Assembly (NCBI GenBank): GCA_051362555.1
Contig: CM120644.1
Span: forward strand, 4,286,954-4,350,953
Direction of reading: 5' to 3'
Source of the DNA: Lingula anatina
Lineage: Eukaryota; Animalia; Brachiopoda
DNA: 64,000 nucleotides
Numbering within the stretch: position 1 is the first letter of the stretch; every line of letters begins with the position of its first letter. The notes below the pieces were generated by a model. That model was not told the origin of the DNA and did no database searches. It saw only the letters and a program-made list of their open reading frames with translations. Below are positions 25,810 through 40,099 of this stretch, piece by piece. The position numbers and the translations under genes are program-made.

Positions 25810-28483
25810 CTTTCATCAAGAGGATAGAACGCAAGAAAGGCTATCAATGCACATACTCCAGTATATGAACTGGAAGAAACAAGCGGGTGGAGCTGTTTGC
25901 TGAGTAAAATGTATTAACCCATGCAATTAGAAAAAACACTCAATCAAATTTTTGTTATGGATTCAGTGTTTTTATCCTTTGGACATTACTGTTATATTTG
26001 CTTAAAGGTTTTATATCATAGAAATTCTAATCCATTTTTACTGCACAAATGTTAATTCAGAATGCAACTTTACAGCATATGTCAAGGAATTTTATAACTC
26101 CTTTCTTACATACATGTACCTTATAGATAGAAATAAAATGTAAATTTAAAGTCAACAAGTTTTATTGTATCTTTCATTTTGCATTTTGTTTAAGAATTCA
26201 AAGTGATTTATGACGGTTAAATATGCATTCAGTTCGGATTTTTATAGATCATACTTTGTATTGTGATATTGAGTCTAATGTTCTAAAAATGAAAATGAAA
26301 TCACTACCTTATAAATTTATATTATTTTCTGAAAAAGACACCATGCACTTCATTTAGCATCATAGTCAAGAATGATTTGTAGATTTTGACAACTTATAAA
26401 GATTTAAATGAGGCTTTCATTCAAAAATAAAGAAAAATAGAATATTTAAAGAGCATTATTGCTGTTTTTCAAATTATATACAATTATGAAAACTAAGGAT
26501 AAAAACTTGTAAGCTATTGGTGATTATAACCCCCCCCCCCCTTCCAGTAGCATTAAAGCGGAGTGAACTTGATTAAAACTTTTTGTTTAATTGGATAATT
26601 ATGGGTGAATCAATTTATTTATGGAAAATAATTTTGGCAGGCCTCTAATGAATTTTTTTACGTTTTTACAGAAATTATAAAAGCTGAAAAAGTATTTCAT
26701 AGTCTCTTCAAACATAATCCAGACAATAGTAAAAAAAGAAATTTTAATGAAAAACACAGCAGTGACAAATTAAAATTCTTTTTGAAAGCACATTAATTGC
26801 ATTACTTGAGACACCTGCTTTGAACACGACAGGTGAGCAATGCTACCCAAGCCCCCTTTTCTAGCTTATCAAATCTTTCAAATTGAGACCTCTAAAAGCA
26901 ATATGAATATAATAGTTTTCTTTGTTTAGATAATGATTTTATTATACAAGAATTCTGACTGTATATTAATGAAGTGGTGCGTATAGATCATAGTGTCCCA
27001 GTAGGAAAAGTTGTTTTAAAAATAGTACAACAACATCATTGATAGAGTCGCCTCTGACGCTAGAAAATCCTTTTGGTGGCCATTTCCCTGAGCTAAATAC
27101 GTAAGTGAATATCATCAAACAGTTGTCACGCGTATTTGTTCACAGATATACTTGATACAGACGATAAAATATGCCTATTACAACATGCATCTGGTGTAAA
27201 CTGAAATTGCAGCCCGTTGGAGGAGTGTTGGTATTATCGCTGATGAAATGACCATCAGCTCTAGAAAATCCTCCTGAGGCCCATTGACTGACGCTTAAAA
27301 CCCTAGTGAATATAACCAAGTGGTTGTCACAAGTAATTGTCCTCTGGTCTGTTTGATGTGAACGATCAAAGTTCAATTTAACATTGAGAGTAATGGGCGC
27401 AAGCCAATGTTTTACCCTAGTCCTAAAATCGAGCCTCGTTCTGGGTTAGATAATCCGGAAACCGACTGTAAGAATAGACTTGGTCTCAGTACGTCTCACA
27501 AGAAAATAATTTAGCCAACACCCGAGCTTATAGTTGAATCTGATTTCTACGAGAGTTCTGAAACACTGTTTCTGATAGGGGAAGATGTGCGCATGTAACC
27601 TTGCAACGTTGGTAATTATGTTCTTAGCCAGGGCACCTGACTGATTTTTTTTTGTTTGTTTTTGTTATTTATTTATTCATTTATTTATTTATTATTATTA
27701 CGATTAATATTATTATTATTATTATTATTATTGTTATTATTATTATTGAAACCGGGGCCTGGAAAACGACTCAGTGATGTATTAGTACTTGAGCCACCTC
27801 GTCATAAGCTAGCACCGCCAGCTACTGTGACATCCCGGTCTTCCTTGGATGAGCCCTTCCTTTCCCTAGATCAGTGCCAGTTAACTTCAAAACAGTGATA
27901 AGACAGGACAGCGGGATGACGCAACGTGACCTTTACCTTCAGAAAGTAGTGGTTTTCAAAGGCGGTTACAATTTATGCTTATAGGGTATCATTTCGAGTG
28001 AATATCGTCCAAGTGACATTGCTTGATAAGAGACAACCATCTTCTTGAAATGAGTGCATGAGACGCGGTGAGGCGTTTAATATAGCGGTACGTGTCAGGC
28101 AAGTCTGTTCGCAAAATAATATTAATAACAAATAGAAAAAAAAGCAAAAATTGAATTATCTGACTGTTTGAAGCGCCAGCTGTGATATAAGTCAGATAAA
28201 GCACTCTGCGCTGACCTTCACGCGAAATAGAGCAGATAATTGTCTCAGTTTCGCCTCGAAAATTATATTTGTTAATTGGCGTTGTGGTAAGCGCCTGGCA
28301 CTTTATGTTAGATAAATATCATGCTGTCAGTCAGATGACAGACATTTCTTTATGTGTAAATATGTAGGGCGTCCTTCGTAGTCGGACAGGCGTTTAACAT
28401 ACGTGCGGACATTTTTTCTCGCATTCGAGTTGAAGCGAGTCGATCGAGGGCGTCGTTATTTATCCAGTTTTCCGATTGTCAAA

Positions 28484-31400
28484 ATGTCTAAGCTTTTCCA
28501 GAATAGTTGGGGATTACTGAAAATTGTGCGGTCAAGTCAAGGTTTGGCACGGATCGTGTCATCTAACCAGATATTATTGAAGAAAGGTTTTCAACGTGGG
28601 TTAGTGCTGGAATATACACCATGTATTCAACCAGTCAGAGAACTGACCGGCCAAGTGACCGACCAACCGATACGCTTTAAGAAAGTAAGTAGAAATTAAG
28701 TAACCAAGTTATGGTGGCGATATATATATGCATGTCTACGGGCCGGATATATATATCCGAAAAATGTATTGCCGCTTGAGAGGGCTGGTAGCAGCCAGAT
28801 GAGGTCAAGCGTAACAGCGACCGTTGCTGTGACTATAGACACTGCCATGATCGAGGGTCATTTGTGGGGCGTGTAACACTACAACTTTGGTCAAAAAGGT
28901 TGTCCCACCCCCAGTATCATGTGCTTTTATTTATAAATAATCACCTCACATGTGAAATTTGTTATAAATAGTGGTTTTCATTCCAGATACCATTACTAAA
29001 ATGATTAATGGAACAAAAAATACAAACCTGCAATGAAGATATCAAAATTTAATATAATTTAATCACATTTAATACATGTACCGCCTTAAATCCGACGTCT
29101 CACTGTGATTTTCACACAGGAAAAGAAATGCCCATTAAATTGAAAAGACACCACCAAATGTCACCAAATTTACACACATTTAGCATTAGGGTGTGTTCGT
29201 TAAAGGTCACGTGTCTAATAGAGTGTGTGTCTACCGTGTTCGTGGCCTGCCTTCAACAAGGATAACTTGCCCCGTCCTCCGAACTTTGAGTGTCTGCAGC
29301 AAATCACTCAGCAGCCGAGAGCTGTGTGCAAGTGCATTTCCACGATGACGTCTGCAGTATCCCTGAAGTCATCTCTTGTAAATGAATTGAGATATTTGTT
29401 GAGAATGTTTCAATGAATTGCCCAAACAATGTTCTTTTCCGGAAAGAACAATGTACTAAAATCATGGGCATGGAATGCTCTGCAAACGTCGACTGAGCTG
29501 ACACCTCAGGCGATACTGTCCTGCACACAACTTCCAAAAAGCATTCTGCAACATGTCTACGGGCCCTAATTTAACCATCTAAGGCATACAAGAAATACCT
29601 ATATTTTTAACAAAACCAACTTGTTCCTAATGATGGTTAACCAAGTTCTGGTAGTTCTGTGGTTACTGAACCTAACATTACCAACTGATACCTCATTCCA
29701 TCTGCAAGAGGGGACTTCAGGGGTGATCCAGGCTTAATCATGACAGCACACTTGCACACAGTTCTCGTCTGATGAGTGATTTGTTGCAGAAACCCAATAT
29801 TCTGAGGCTGAAGAAACTATATCCAATCCAGAGGAGGACCAAACTCCAAATAGCCCGGACCAATTCCGCCAAAGTTTTAAGAAAACATGGGACAATATAA
29901 AAAAACAGAATTGTTATCCTTGTTGACGACAGCAGCGCCGTCTACAGGAGCTAATAACAGTATGCGGTAAAACACTCACGTTAATAAACACGTAACTTTT
30001 AACGAGCACGCCCTAATGCTAAATTTGGTGACATTTGGTGTTGTATTTTCAATTAAATGGACATTTATTTGCCTCTGTGAAAGTCAAATCACAGTGAATC
30101 ACAGTTGAACATCGGATTTGAGGGGGGTAGATATGATAAATGTGAATAAATGGTATTAAATATGGATATATCACCGCTAGTTTGTATTTTCTGTACCACT
30201 ATTCGTGTTAGTTATGGCATCTGGAATGAAAATCACTATTTATAACAAATTTCACATGTGAGGTGATCATTTATGAATAAAGGCACATGAAACTGGGGGT
30301 GGGACAACCTTTTTGACCAATGTTGTATACAAACGATAATTTTTAAAATATGGAGATCCAAAATATCGCGGGCGGTGGGCAACGGGGATGATACAGAAAT
30401 TAAAGATCGGGCGGTTGCAATTAAATGATAGCATCTTTCAGCTACAGGCTGTGCGTTTAACTAGTAACTAGCATATGAATCGAGTTGAGTCGAATCGAGA
30501 ATGTTGAAAAATGTCTAATCTTTCGAAACTATTAAGCATTACTAAATACTATTAAGGATTACATTCAGCTCGGGAATTAGTACGGACTAGCATTATACTG
30601 AAACTATTAACTGCAATGTAAAGGTTTATATCCAATGATGTTTATGAAAGTAAACACTTATTGATTTATTATTTATATTTAACAATTATGTTAATGTGCG
30701 GAGCTGCTGTGCGGAGGTTGATTTGCGGGAGGGGGGGGGGCGTAGTTTATTGAACCCCCTCCTGTAACCGGAGGGGTTAGGATTCACAATATTTATGAAT
30801 AGTTTGTGATCACTAAAATGTAGAATAACCCAAAGAAATAAGTATCATGATGCAGATAACAAAAGGACAAAGTACCGTATCGGAACTAATGTGAATAAAA
30901 TAGGTTTTGCATTGTACATGTACCTGTTAGGTATCTTTTTTTTCGGGCAATACACATTGACCTATTTATCAACATCCCAGATGCCGATGGATTACCCTCA
31001 GATTACTGCATCTGATCACTGGAGACGAAAAATACGCACGGTTCTCAATCGATTGGGAGCGAACGACGACGGCTTCGTTACAAAGGAAGACTTCGAGAGG
31101 AGCGCCAGGCGCGTAGCCGAGTATCTGAAACTTAATGGTATATTTTGATATATTTTTGATTTTGCTTTATGCACATTTCTCAAAAGAATGTTCTTGCATT
31201 AATTGTGATCACTTACTTCCTCGACCCATCTCTCTCTTTTTCTTTTTTGCATCCATCTCTGTTTCTCTCTCATAGATGTCATTTTTGTCAAAGCTTTATT
31301 TTGAAATGCTCTGAAACATCAATTTTTATTTTCTTTTTATCATAAGCTGTGTAATATGTAAAAACGTATGCCACCTGTTTTAGATCAACAAGCAGCAAAT

Positions 31401-31790
31401 ATACTGAAACAGCGCCTTGACATATGGGAATTCGTCCCTAAAGGTCCTAAGGACCCTACTAAAGCAATTCAGAAGGAATACGTGGGATTTGATCCTTCGG
31501 TCCTTAATCAAATTACCTACCGGAAAGAGTTCTTCCCAATGGTGGTATCCGTGGGTTTCAAGGTCATGGACATTGATGGTGATGGTCGCATTTCAAAGGA
31601 AGAACACGCTGCTTACTTCTACAGCGTAAACGTCCCTGTTGAAGAATCGAAGAAGGTGTTTGATGTGATGGACGCCAACAAAGACGGCTTCATATCCATT
31701 GATGAGTACGCGCATGCGTATGCAGAGTTTCTTTTCACCGAGGATCCAAATAACAAATATAATGGGTTTTTCGGTCCTTTGGTTGATTAA
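28484..31790 (+). CDS. EF-hand protein, SCP/luciferin-binding-protein-like, copy 4
   Basis: join(28484..28684,30981..31137,31384..31790); GT-AG, in frame; EF1 loop begins with Gly (GANDDGFVTKED); EF3 DIDGDGRISKEE, EF4 DANKDGFISIDE. Confidence 0.88.
28882..30325. mobile_element. Non-autonomous Tc1/mariner-type element with long inverted repeats, in intron 1 of copy 4
   Basis: TA|CAACTTTGGTCAAAAAGGTTGTCCCACCCCCAG ... CTGGGGGTGGGACAACCTTTTTGACCAATGTTG|TA; inverted similarity continues for several hundred bp. Confidence 0.85.
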
Positions 31791-32580
31791 AGGACTTGTT
31801 TGAAGAAGTCAGTAATAGGACGCAGGTGGAACAGTGAGATCCAAATAAGAAATATAACGAGACTTTGGCCTTTATGTAAATTTGCATGTAAATTTGATAA
31901 AGGTAGCATAATAATATTATAGATTTATTATTTAATTTAACAACGGTTAATGGAAGATCAAACTCTTCGTAAATACGTTTGGTTCATTGTATAACAAAAC
32001 GCTACTGTAAAATTAACGCCTTTTCACTAAGAGAGTAAAAAAAAAGCGGTACAACTGTAATGATATTCTGTGTAATGTTCTTCAAAACGTTTATGCCACA
32101 CGTAACTTACATATAGCCCGTTTTCACAAGATTGTGTTGTTTGGTAGCTAAGAGGGCGTTTGAAGCAGCGGGCTCCGTGTAGTTGACTGTCTTACTAAAA
32201 GGCCAGAATACTGTAATGGTTACTAATCCATCACATACCCATAGTCACATTCTTAGCACACCATACCTGTCTTCATAAAGATTATTATCAATATAGTATC
32301 CTTAGCATTATAGCAATACTGTTTTTCGTGGTACATGGACAATATATATGATGTTACTTAGGGAGATGAATAAACAGCATTTTACAACATTTTTGACAGG
32401 ATTTTGTTTATTCTCTACGGCACGGCTGGTGCAACCACCATTTTATAAGCACAGCTCAATAATATGTAATGGGCTTGATCCAAGTACTTCTGCGTTAAAG
32501 CACCCTGGCTATAAACACACATATTGAAGGGGATGGGGGGGGGTACACCTGATCTCAATTCAATTAGCAGCCTTAAGTAA

Positions 32581-33140
32581 AGCCCCAGTCACAAATCAGT
32601 TGCGATGCGTCAGGGATGGGTAAAACCCGGGAAATTTTAACAAAATCTTGAGACAGATGTCACGATTTTGCACCCGTCGGAGGCGCTCTCCGGACGCCTG
32701 CGGGTTGTCGCAGATTTTTTAGACATCGCCACACCCGTCGCGGTCCCCAACTTTGAACTTAAGATTTTAAGATTGCTCGCAAGATTTTTCACCCATTTTG
32801 GGCATCCCAGACACAATCTCCGATGACCTACGATGCCCTCCGATTAATCGGAGGCGTCCTCCGAATATATACCCATATATAACCACATATACCCAGGGGG
32901 AAAAAATTACGAGAAAAGACGCTCGCAGATATCGTCTCCGATCGCCTCCGATGCAATCGGAGGCTAATTCCACGATTTTTCGACAAAACCGGGTCAAAAT
33001 CCTTGAAAAAATCTCAGACAATGTGACTGCTCCACTTTTATTAGGATTATTGCTAGGATTGTTCAAGGATTCTTTATTTTCTACGACGACCCCCGGCCAA
33101 AACTAATCCCCGACAGATCGCCGACATTGTGACTGGGCCT
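32581..33140. mobile_element. Non-autonomous PIF/Harbinger-type element
   Basis: TAA|AGCCCCAGTCACAA ... TTGTGACTGGGCCT|TAA. Confidence 0.75.
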
Positions 33141-34063
33141 TAAGTCAGTTGTTTGAAATTGATAGTGAATACCATGTCTCCATTCCCCCCGAATCTGTGA
33201 CATGTATGAGCTGGATGAACTTTCTTTGTAAAGTTTTATGAAGAAAGAGTGTACCTTAAGTCTGTATAATGGTACTTTTAATGCACAAAGACATGGTTTA
33301 AGTTTAAGCAAATAAATACGTTTGGGTTGTTTATTTTCCCATCAGCTTAAAACAATCACTAGAATAATAACTTGCAGGTATTACATGTATTTTGGTGTGT
33401 ATTGCGGTATCATAAGTCGCCGACAAATTTGACAAGAATCTTTTACGGATTCCAGGAGCTATGATTTTCATTCCCAGAAAAAAGGAAAATAATATATTTA
33501 TAAATAAATTAATAATCGCAGCAGATTTGTGGCTTTGGCTGGCCATTGTAATGAAGTGAGGTGTAAATCATGATGTACGGCTACCCTCTACCACCGCCGC
33601 AGATTATAATCAGATTAACTAAGTGGCTTTTCTCCAGCTCGAGAGCAAAGAATCGTGTCATGAATTTGACAAAGACACATCTTTGTTTGTTTGGAGGAAA
33701 ATCAATCTGTGGCCCTGATAGAGGACCATATACCGGTACAGCAAGTCGTGGGTGATTGCTTTTGTTTATATTGGAATAATGCTAGGTGATATATACATAG
33801 CCCTGCCATAAATAATGCTTACCAAACCAGTTCTTCTGTTCAACATGACCTTCGCTCTTACCCATATTTTAGGGGATTGCATCAGTGAACACCCTTAGAT
33901 AAATGCATCATTGATAGTTAACTCACGTTCACATTACAACATATACTACAGTTAGTCGGCGGTCTTACATAAGGAGATTTTACGGCATTGGCGTGAGGTT
34001 AAAAAAGAACAGAAAGAGATTAATTTTTTTATCTTTGATATATCCGTGTTCACGGTGGTCATC

Positions 34064-34288
34064 ATGTCTAAGATTTTCCAAACTAGCAGAGGGCTACTAA
34101 AAATAACGCAATCATGTCGGGGATTAGCAATGACTATCCCAGCGAGGCGAAGATTAGGGGAAATTGTGCAGCAAGGGTTAGTCCCGGAATTCGCACCATT
34201 TTGGCAACCTATCCGGGGAATGGCGAACCAAGCAGTGCGCTTTAAAAAGGTAAGTAGACTGATCCAAATAAATACAGGCATGTAAAAA

Positions 34289-34375
<87 letters not shown>

Positions 34376-37300
34376 ACTGTTTTTGTTTGCTAGTAGGGTT
34401 TTTTTTTCTATCGTACCTGTCATTTAAGTGGATTTGGTAATGAGGATTGTAACTGCTTAAATTGTATCTAATTGACGCCTCGACCAAATTTTTTTGTCTA
34501 ACATTATCCGCAATCAGTTTTATGCATTTATCCTCTTAAGAATGATATACAGCTGACCAAAACCTCTCCTATACACTCTACTAAACCCCACTTTACACTG
34601 GATGGTGTCCTTTCTGCGTCCGCACAAAGAACGGAGGATGGTCGCTGCAAGGTCGCTCAAGGTACACAGAGAGGGCGCATTGCTGTGGTCGCAACAAGGA
34701 TGCACAGGCATCGCCGTGTTTACAGAATGAACACTCGATGATCGGCCAGTACTTGACATGTAAAATATTATTTCTTTTTGTTTAAATCTCAAACGGGACA
34801 TCTGAGGCTAACAGTTACTAGTGGTCTAATACCAGCCTCCAACTGGTATTTTTTTAAATTCCTAAACCGATCCATTTTTGGAGGCAATTTTAGAATGAAC
34901 ATTTGTTTCTTTTAAAGATGCAGTTCTTGTCGCAGTTTTTGCAGAATTCGTCTGTTGAAAATGGATTCCAACATTCTGTGTTGTGTCAGTCGGCCTTTTT
35001 CGTCTTGAGCACCTCTCCATCCTTCTTAAAAGGCCAACAATGGTCATCTGGCTTTTTATCAGTCCATGCAGAACTTGCATTACTGTAGTTAAAAAAAGTG
35101 TATTCCTAATTATTTGTTTTGTTTTCTGGAGATGTTCTTGATTGGACAGCCGGGTTACTACTGATGGAAAAATATAAATGTAGAATATATCGAAAGACGC
35201 CCAAACAACGCTCATCTGTCTAGCAGGAGGCAGAAAGGTCGTAGAATGGTCACCAGTGGTCGCCAATGATGATACAGAGAACGCAACGGGGATGCTCAAT
35301 CGTCGTTCAAACATCAGGCCTACCCAACTACCAGACTCGGCACTAAATGATCCCGAATTCATCGGTAGATTGGACCACACTACCCGTTTTCATGGTGTGT
35401 GTCAGTACGTATTTCACAGTATCATACCCTGGAACAAATTTTGAGATGAGATGCACTACTTTCCAACCCAGCTGAGAATCATCACTATCATGTTGTGTAC
35501 TAGGCAAGAGCGGTGTCGAATCTGATACTTCGAAGCGCGTACTGACGCACACCTTGAAAACAGGTAGTGTGGTCCTATATAACGGTGAATTCAGGACCAT
35601 TCGGTGCCGAGTGAATGTGCCCAGTTAATGAATATTTCTTCGTTTGTCTACTCTTTCAATTTTAATATCTGTCATTACGACATTTCTTTATTATATTTGT
35701 TTTACAGGATATGACACTTACATGACATTCTCTTTAATTTCAGGCAATACTTAGCATTATTATAGTTTATTTCAGTTTTGGGTTCCTCAACTTACTGCTT
35801 TTATCATTTCAGATGATGCATCATAATTCTGTTCATAAGAATACCTGTTCTATTTCACCCACTACCTCCTTGCAATGTCAAACACCGTTGACAGTGCATA
35901 TGTGCTTTGAAAGTGACAAGCAGTTATTAAGATTATGATAAACCAAACTAACTGGAGATCTTTTGGTTCAAATCCTTTTTCAACTTGCAGAGCATGCATT
36001 TTGTGAACTGCTTCTTGATAAATCGCCTAAATGAAAGTCCTAATCACTAGCATCTCAACATTCTTCTTCAAAATGATCTTGTCACTTGATAGTGTGGTTA
36101 CATTGGCAATCAAAGTTTCAGTAGTACAGATGGCAAAATGGTAGATGTTTTTTAAGTAAATATATCTTGATATGGCTTAAGGAATTATGTAATAAGGATG
36201 CGCCAACAGTTCTTAGTTATATATGTTTTCGGGGTGGAGAGTCAGGCCTACCCAACTACCAGGCTTGGCACCGAATGATCCCGATTTCGCTGGTATATAT
36301 CGGACCACACTGCCCGTTTTCAAGGTGTGCGTCACAGTATCATACCCCGGAACAAATTCTGAGATGAGATGCATTAATTTTCAACCCCGCTCAGAATCAT
36401 CGCTACCACATAGCGTACTAGGCAAGAGCGGTGTCGCATCTGATACTTGCGCCAAGCGCGTACTGACGCACACCTTGAAATTGGGTAGCGTGGTCCGATT
36501 TGCACAGGGGGCGCAGACTCATTTATACTGAGACACAATTGCCTTGGCGACCGCTGAGCGTCGTGACCTCATTTTTGATCGTAGAAAGAACGCGGAAAGG
36601 ATGCCGTCCAGTGTAAAGGGGTCTTTAATAAGATTAGTAGATTAGATATGAAGAAAGAAAGACCATCCATGATAATCGTAATCAGAAGTCAAACACACTC
36701 TCCGGCCTGTTTGACTTTAGAGGTCGACAATATACATTTGTTACGTTCGTTTCTGCAGTTGGCGATTTTTAAAATAATAATAAATTTTACTTGCATGTAT
36801 TAAAACTGGGCCAGCATATCACGTTTTCCCGTGCGCATGCAGGTATACCAATACTTAATCTGCATTTGCATGTGCTGAAAATTATTTCAGGCTCCAATAG
36901 ATTACCCTCTGCTAACTGGCTCAGACCACTGGAGACGGAAGAAACGCACGGTTTTCAGGCGCATGGACACCAATGGAGACGGTTTCATTACAAAGGAAGA
37001 CTTCGAAACAAGTGCCAGACGAGTTGCCGAGTATCTGAAGCTTAATGGTAATTGTAATATTAATGGTAATGCTAAAATCCAGTTGCATGTAGGACCCATC
37101 AGGGTATTTATTATTTAAGTTATGTTTTCTTTTGTATATATATATATATAGCTCTTATCTTATCTTATCCTATATCTTCTTCTCCTCTCTCTTATTCACG
37201 CTACGACTCTCTCTGTCTGTCTCTCACTCACACGTAAACAAGTACACTCAGAGAGAGAGAGAGTGAGAGACGCACACACGAACCCACACACACACACCCT

Positions 37301-37749
37301 AGGCGGTTACGTAAATCTGAAAACTTCTCTCCCGACTTACAGATGTACAAGCAGAACATATTCTAAATCAACGTCTTGCAATATGGGAACTCGTTTCTAA
37401 TGCAACACAAGATACAACCAGGGTATCAGAGGAAGAATTCGTTGGCTCATCAGTACCGATAGTGAACCAAAGCTACTACCGACAAGACTTTCTACCCATG
37501 TGGGTATCCGTGGAATTTAATACAACGGACATTGACGGGGATGGTCTTATTTCAAAGGAAGAGCACAAGGCTTTTTTCTACAGTGTTAACGTCCCTGTGG
37601 AAGAGTCGAAAAATGTCTTTGATGCTATGGACAGCAACAAAGATGGCTTCATATGCATTGAAGAATTTGCGCATGCATCTGCTGAGTTCTTTCTTACTGA
37701 GGAGCCAGACAATCCATTCAATGAATTTTTCGGTCCACTGGTTGATTAG
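34064..37749 (+). CDS. EF-hand protein, SCP/luciferin-binding-protein-like, copy 5
   Basis: join(34064..34249,36891..37047,37343..37749); exon 2 begins GCT (no Met); loops DTNGDGFITKED, DIDGDGLISKEE, DSNKDGFICIEE. Confidence 0.88.
34296..34373. repeat. (TA)n microsatellite
   Basis: Direct reading; source of the YIYIY spurious ORFs. Confidence 0.95.
35315..35612. mobile_element. Palindromic MITE (CAGGCCTACCC family), near full length; another copy about 36243-36500
   Basis: Left ACTCGGCACTAAATGATCCCGAATTCATCG..GGACCACACTACC is mirrored at right by GGTAGTGTGGTCC..CGGTGAATTCAGGACCATTCGGTGCCGAGT. Confidence 0.7.
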
Positions 37750-40070
37750 GAACTTGTAGTTTGATTTAACGAAGATATATTAAATTGCCTATTTGTCATG
37801 ATCACTTGAGAGACAGAGAAAGAGAGCATGTGTTGCTTTCATTTCATTTAATAGTTTAATACCCATCTACTGTGTTCAACCATAATGTTTCTAGGATTTG
37901 AAATGTGCCATAAGGCAATTTGCAATTGAGTAACTTCCAGATTAATATTTCAAAGTATCTCTGAAGCTAGTGAGCTTGTATTAATGTTCAAATAAAGGAG
38001 ATGGGAGTTTACGCAATCTTTTTTAGTTGACTGAATACTGCTACTGAATATCATGCCCATATTCTAGGTACATGTACATATACTGGTACCGGTATGGAGC
38101 TTCTAAATGTACCTGTACCTCCATAACTTTCAGCTTCTCCTCTTTTGTAAAGTTACCCTATTGCGTTGAAATACTACAATGTTTTATTGCGAAAGTCAGA
38201 AATGTGTAATTTTTAACCAATAAAAAATCACACCCGCTGTGTGCTTTTGTGCCATTAATTGAAGAACTTCTATCAATTAAGATTTTTCCTGTGATTTTCA
38301 GCAAGTCCTGGACTATCTTTATTGATTATAAAAAGATCGTGCAACCATACTATATGAGTCGCCAAACTAGTTTCTGTGTTAAACTACCCTCTTATTTTGG
38401 TCAACTGCATCGCTGAACACCCTTTGTTGAAAAGATTGCTGCCAGCTGCCTCATGCACGTTCACTTAAACATTTTTTCAGCCCACTAAAACTATCTGTTA
38501 CTTAAAGCCTCGTTCACAAATGGACGCACGAATTTTAGGATTGTATGTCCCCCACGAATTTTGAGTGCAGCGGAGGCCGTGGAGTTCGTAGAGGTTAAAG
38601 AAACGTTTAAATGGAAAGATTAAAAAATGTATTGATTACTTGTACATGATTTACTGTAATGAGTTCTTTGCCTGTGTAGCATTTCATTTTTCTTTAATAT
38701 ATTAGTTTAAAGTTAATACTGACAACAAACTGTTGATATGGTTTTCTGGAGGTGTTTTTTTTCTTTTGAATGACTTTTTATTTCAGATTTCATATTATTG
38801 ACTAAAATACCTCACAACAGAAGACTGGATATTTGTGTCACTCGATGACAAACTTTTTTGATGAATAAAGCCAAAAAGATTTTTCTTTGCACTAAAAATA
38901 ACAATGATAAAAAAACTCCATATTAAGTATTAATTCTGTGCATGCATTCACTCATACAAGCATGGGCATCCGCAGGGGGGTCAACGAGGTCACTTGACCC
39001 CCCCCCCCGGAATTTTGAAGCTGCATTTTTATTGTGGGTAACCAGCCAATCATTATCTCCCCCTTCAATGACTTTGACCCCCCCCCCCCCCCCCCCCCCG
39101 GGAAATTTTCTGCAGACGCCCAAGCATACAAGGGGTATCATAAAGATGCAAAACGGCCAACAACCTCACTGTATAGCAAAAATTGACAGTATAAATGATA
39201 GTGAAAATGACAAAAGCATGCACTGTAAATTTAGTCCAAAGTCAAGAATCGACCATTTACCTTCTTGTGCTTGGATTGTTTTGGTTGTTTGTGGCAAAAA
39301 CGTTTTTGGGGAAAAAATTGAATGATAACACCTTTTTCGTGTAAGGGTAGTCTTGAAATGTGCTGCGAACAGCACAATAGTACTTTTGATGTATAAAGAC
39401 ATGGATTCAAATTTTGCAATAAATACGTTTAAGGTGTTTATTTTCCCATCAACTTTAAAAAAAACTGCTAGAATACTAACTTGCAGGTATCATTTTGGTG
39501 TGCATTACGGTTTCAAAAGTTGCCGAAAAATGTGAAAAGATTCCGTGATTGACTGTGTGAGAAAAAAATAAAAAAATAAATGAATAAATAAATTGTCGCA
39601 GCAGCTGTGTAGTTTTTGCTGGTCACTGTAATTAGTGAGGTGTAAATCTGTAAATTTACCTTCTACCACTGCCGCAGATTAATCAGATTAACTCGTGAAC
39701 TTTTCTTCAGAGCGAGAGCAGAGAATCGTGTCATGAGTTAGCCAGAGATACATCTGTGTATGCTTGGAGGAAAACCAGTCTTTTGACCCTGGGAGAGGAT
39801 AATATACAGCAAGACAAGGATGATTGCTTTGTTTTTGTTGAGATGATACGATGTAATATATATATGTCCCTGAGATAAATAATGCTTACAAAACCAGTTC
39901 TTCTGTTCAACATGACCTTCGCTCCAACGCATATTTTGGGGGTTTGCATCAGTGAACACCCTTAGATAAATGATTCATTGGTAGTTGTCTCGCGTTTACT
40001 TTACATTATATAGTTCAGTTTGTACAGTCTAAGTAAGATAGGAGGAGTTTTACAACATCGGTGTGAAGTT
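37750..40070 (+). repeat. Intergenic spacer duplicated at about 41485-43900 (copies 5/6/7 tandem duplication)
   Basis: Long runs of near-identical sequence including the same hAT MITE and Harbinger end fragment; 3' part also matches about 33250-33950. Confidence 0.9.
38961..39124. mobile_element. hAT-type MITE
   Basis: CATGGGCATCCGCAG / CTGCAGACGCCCAAG termini with perfect 8-bp TSD CATACAAG. Confidence 0.8.
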
Positions 40071-40099
40071 AAAAATTGTTTTCTGTCACGGTGGTCATC

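Noticed and set aside
33952-34487. ORFs rich in YIYI, ERER, SLSL, poly-F or poly-L
   Set aside because: Translations of microsatellites and homopolymer runs.
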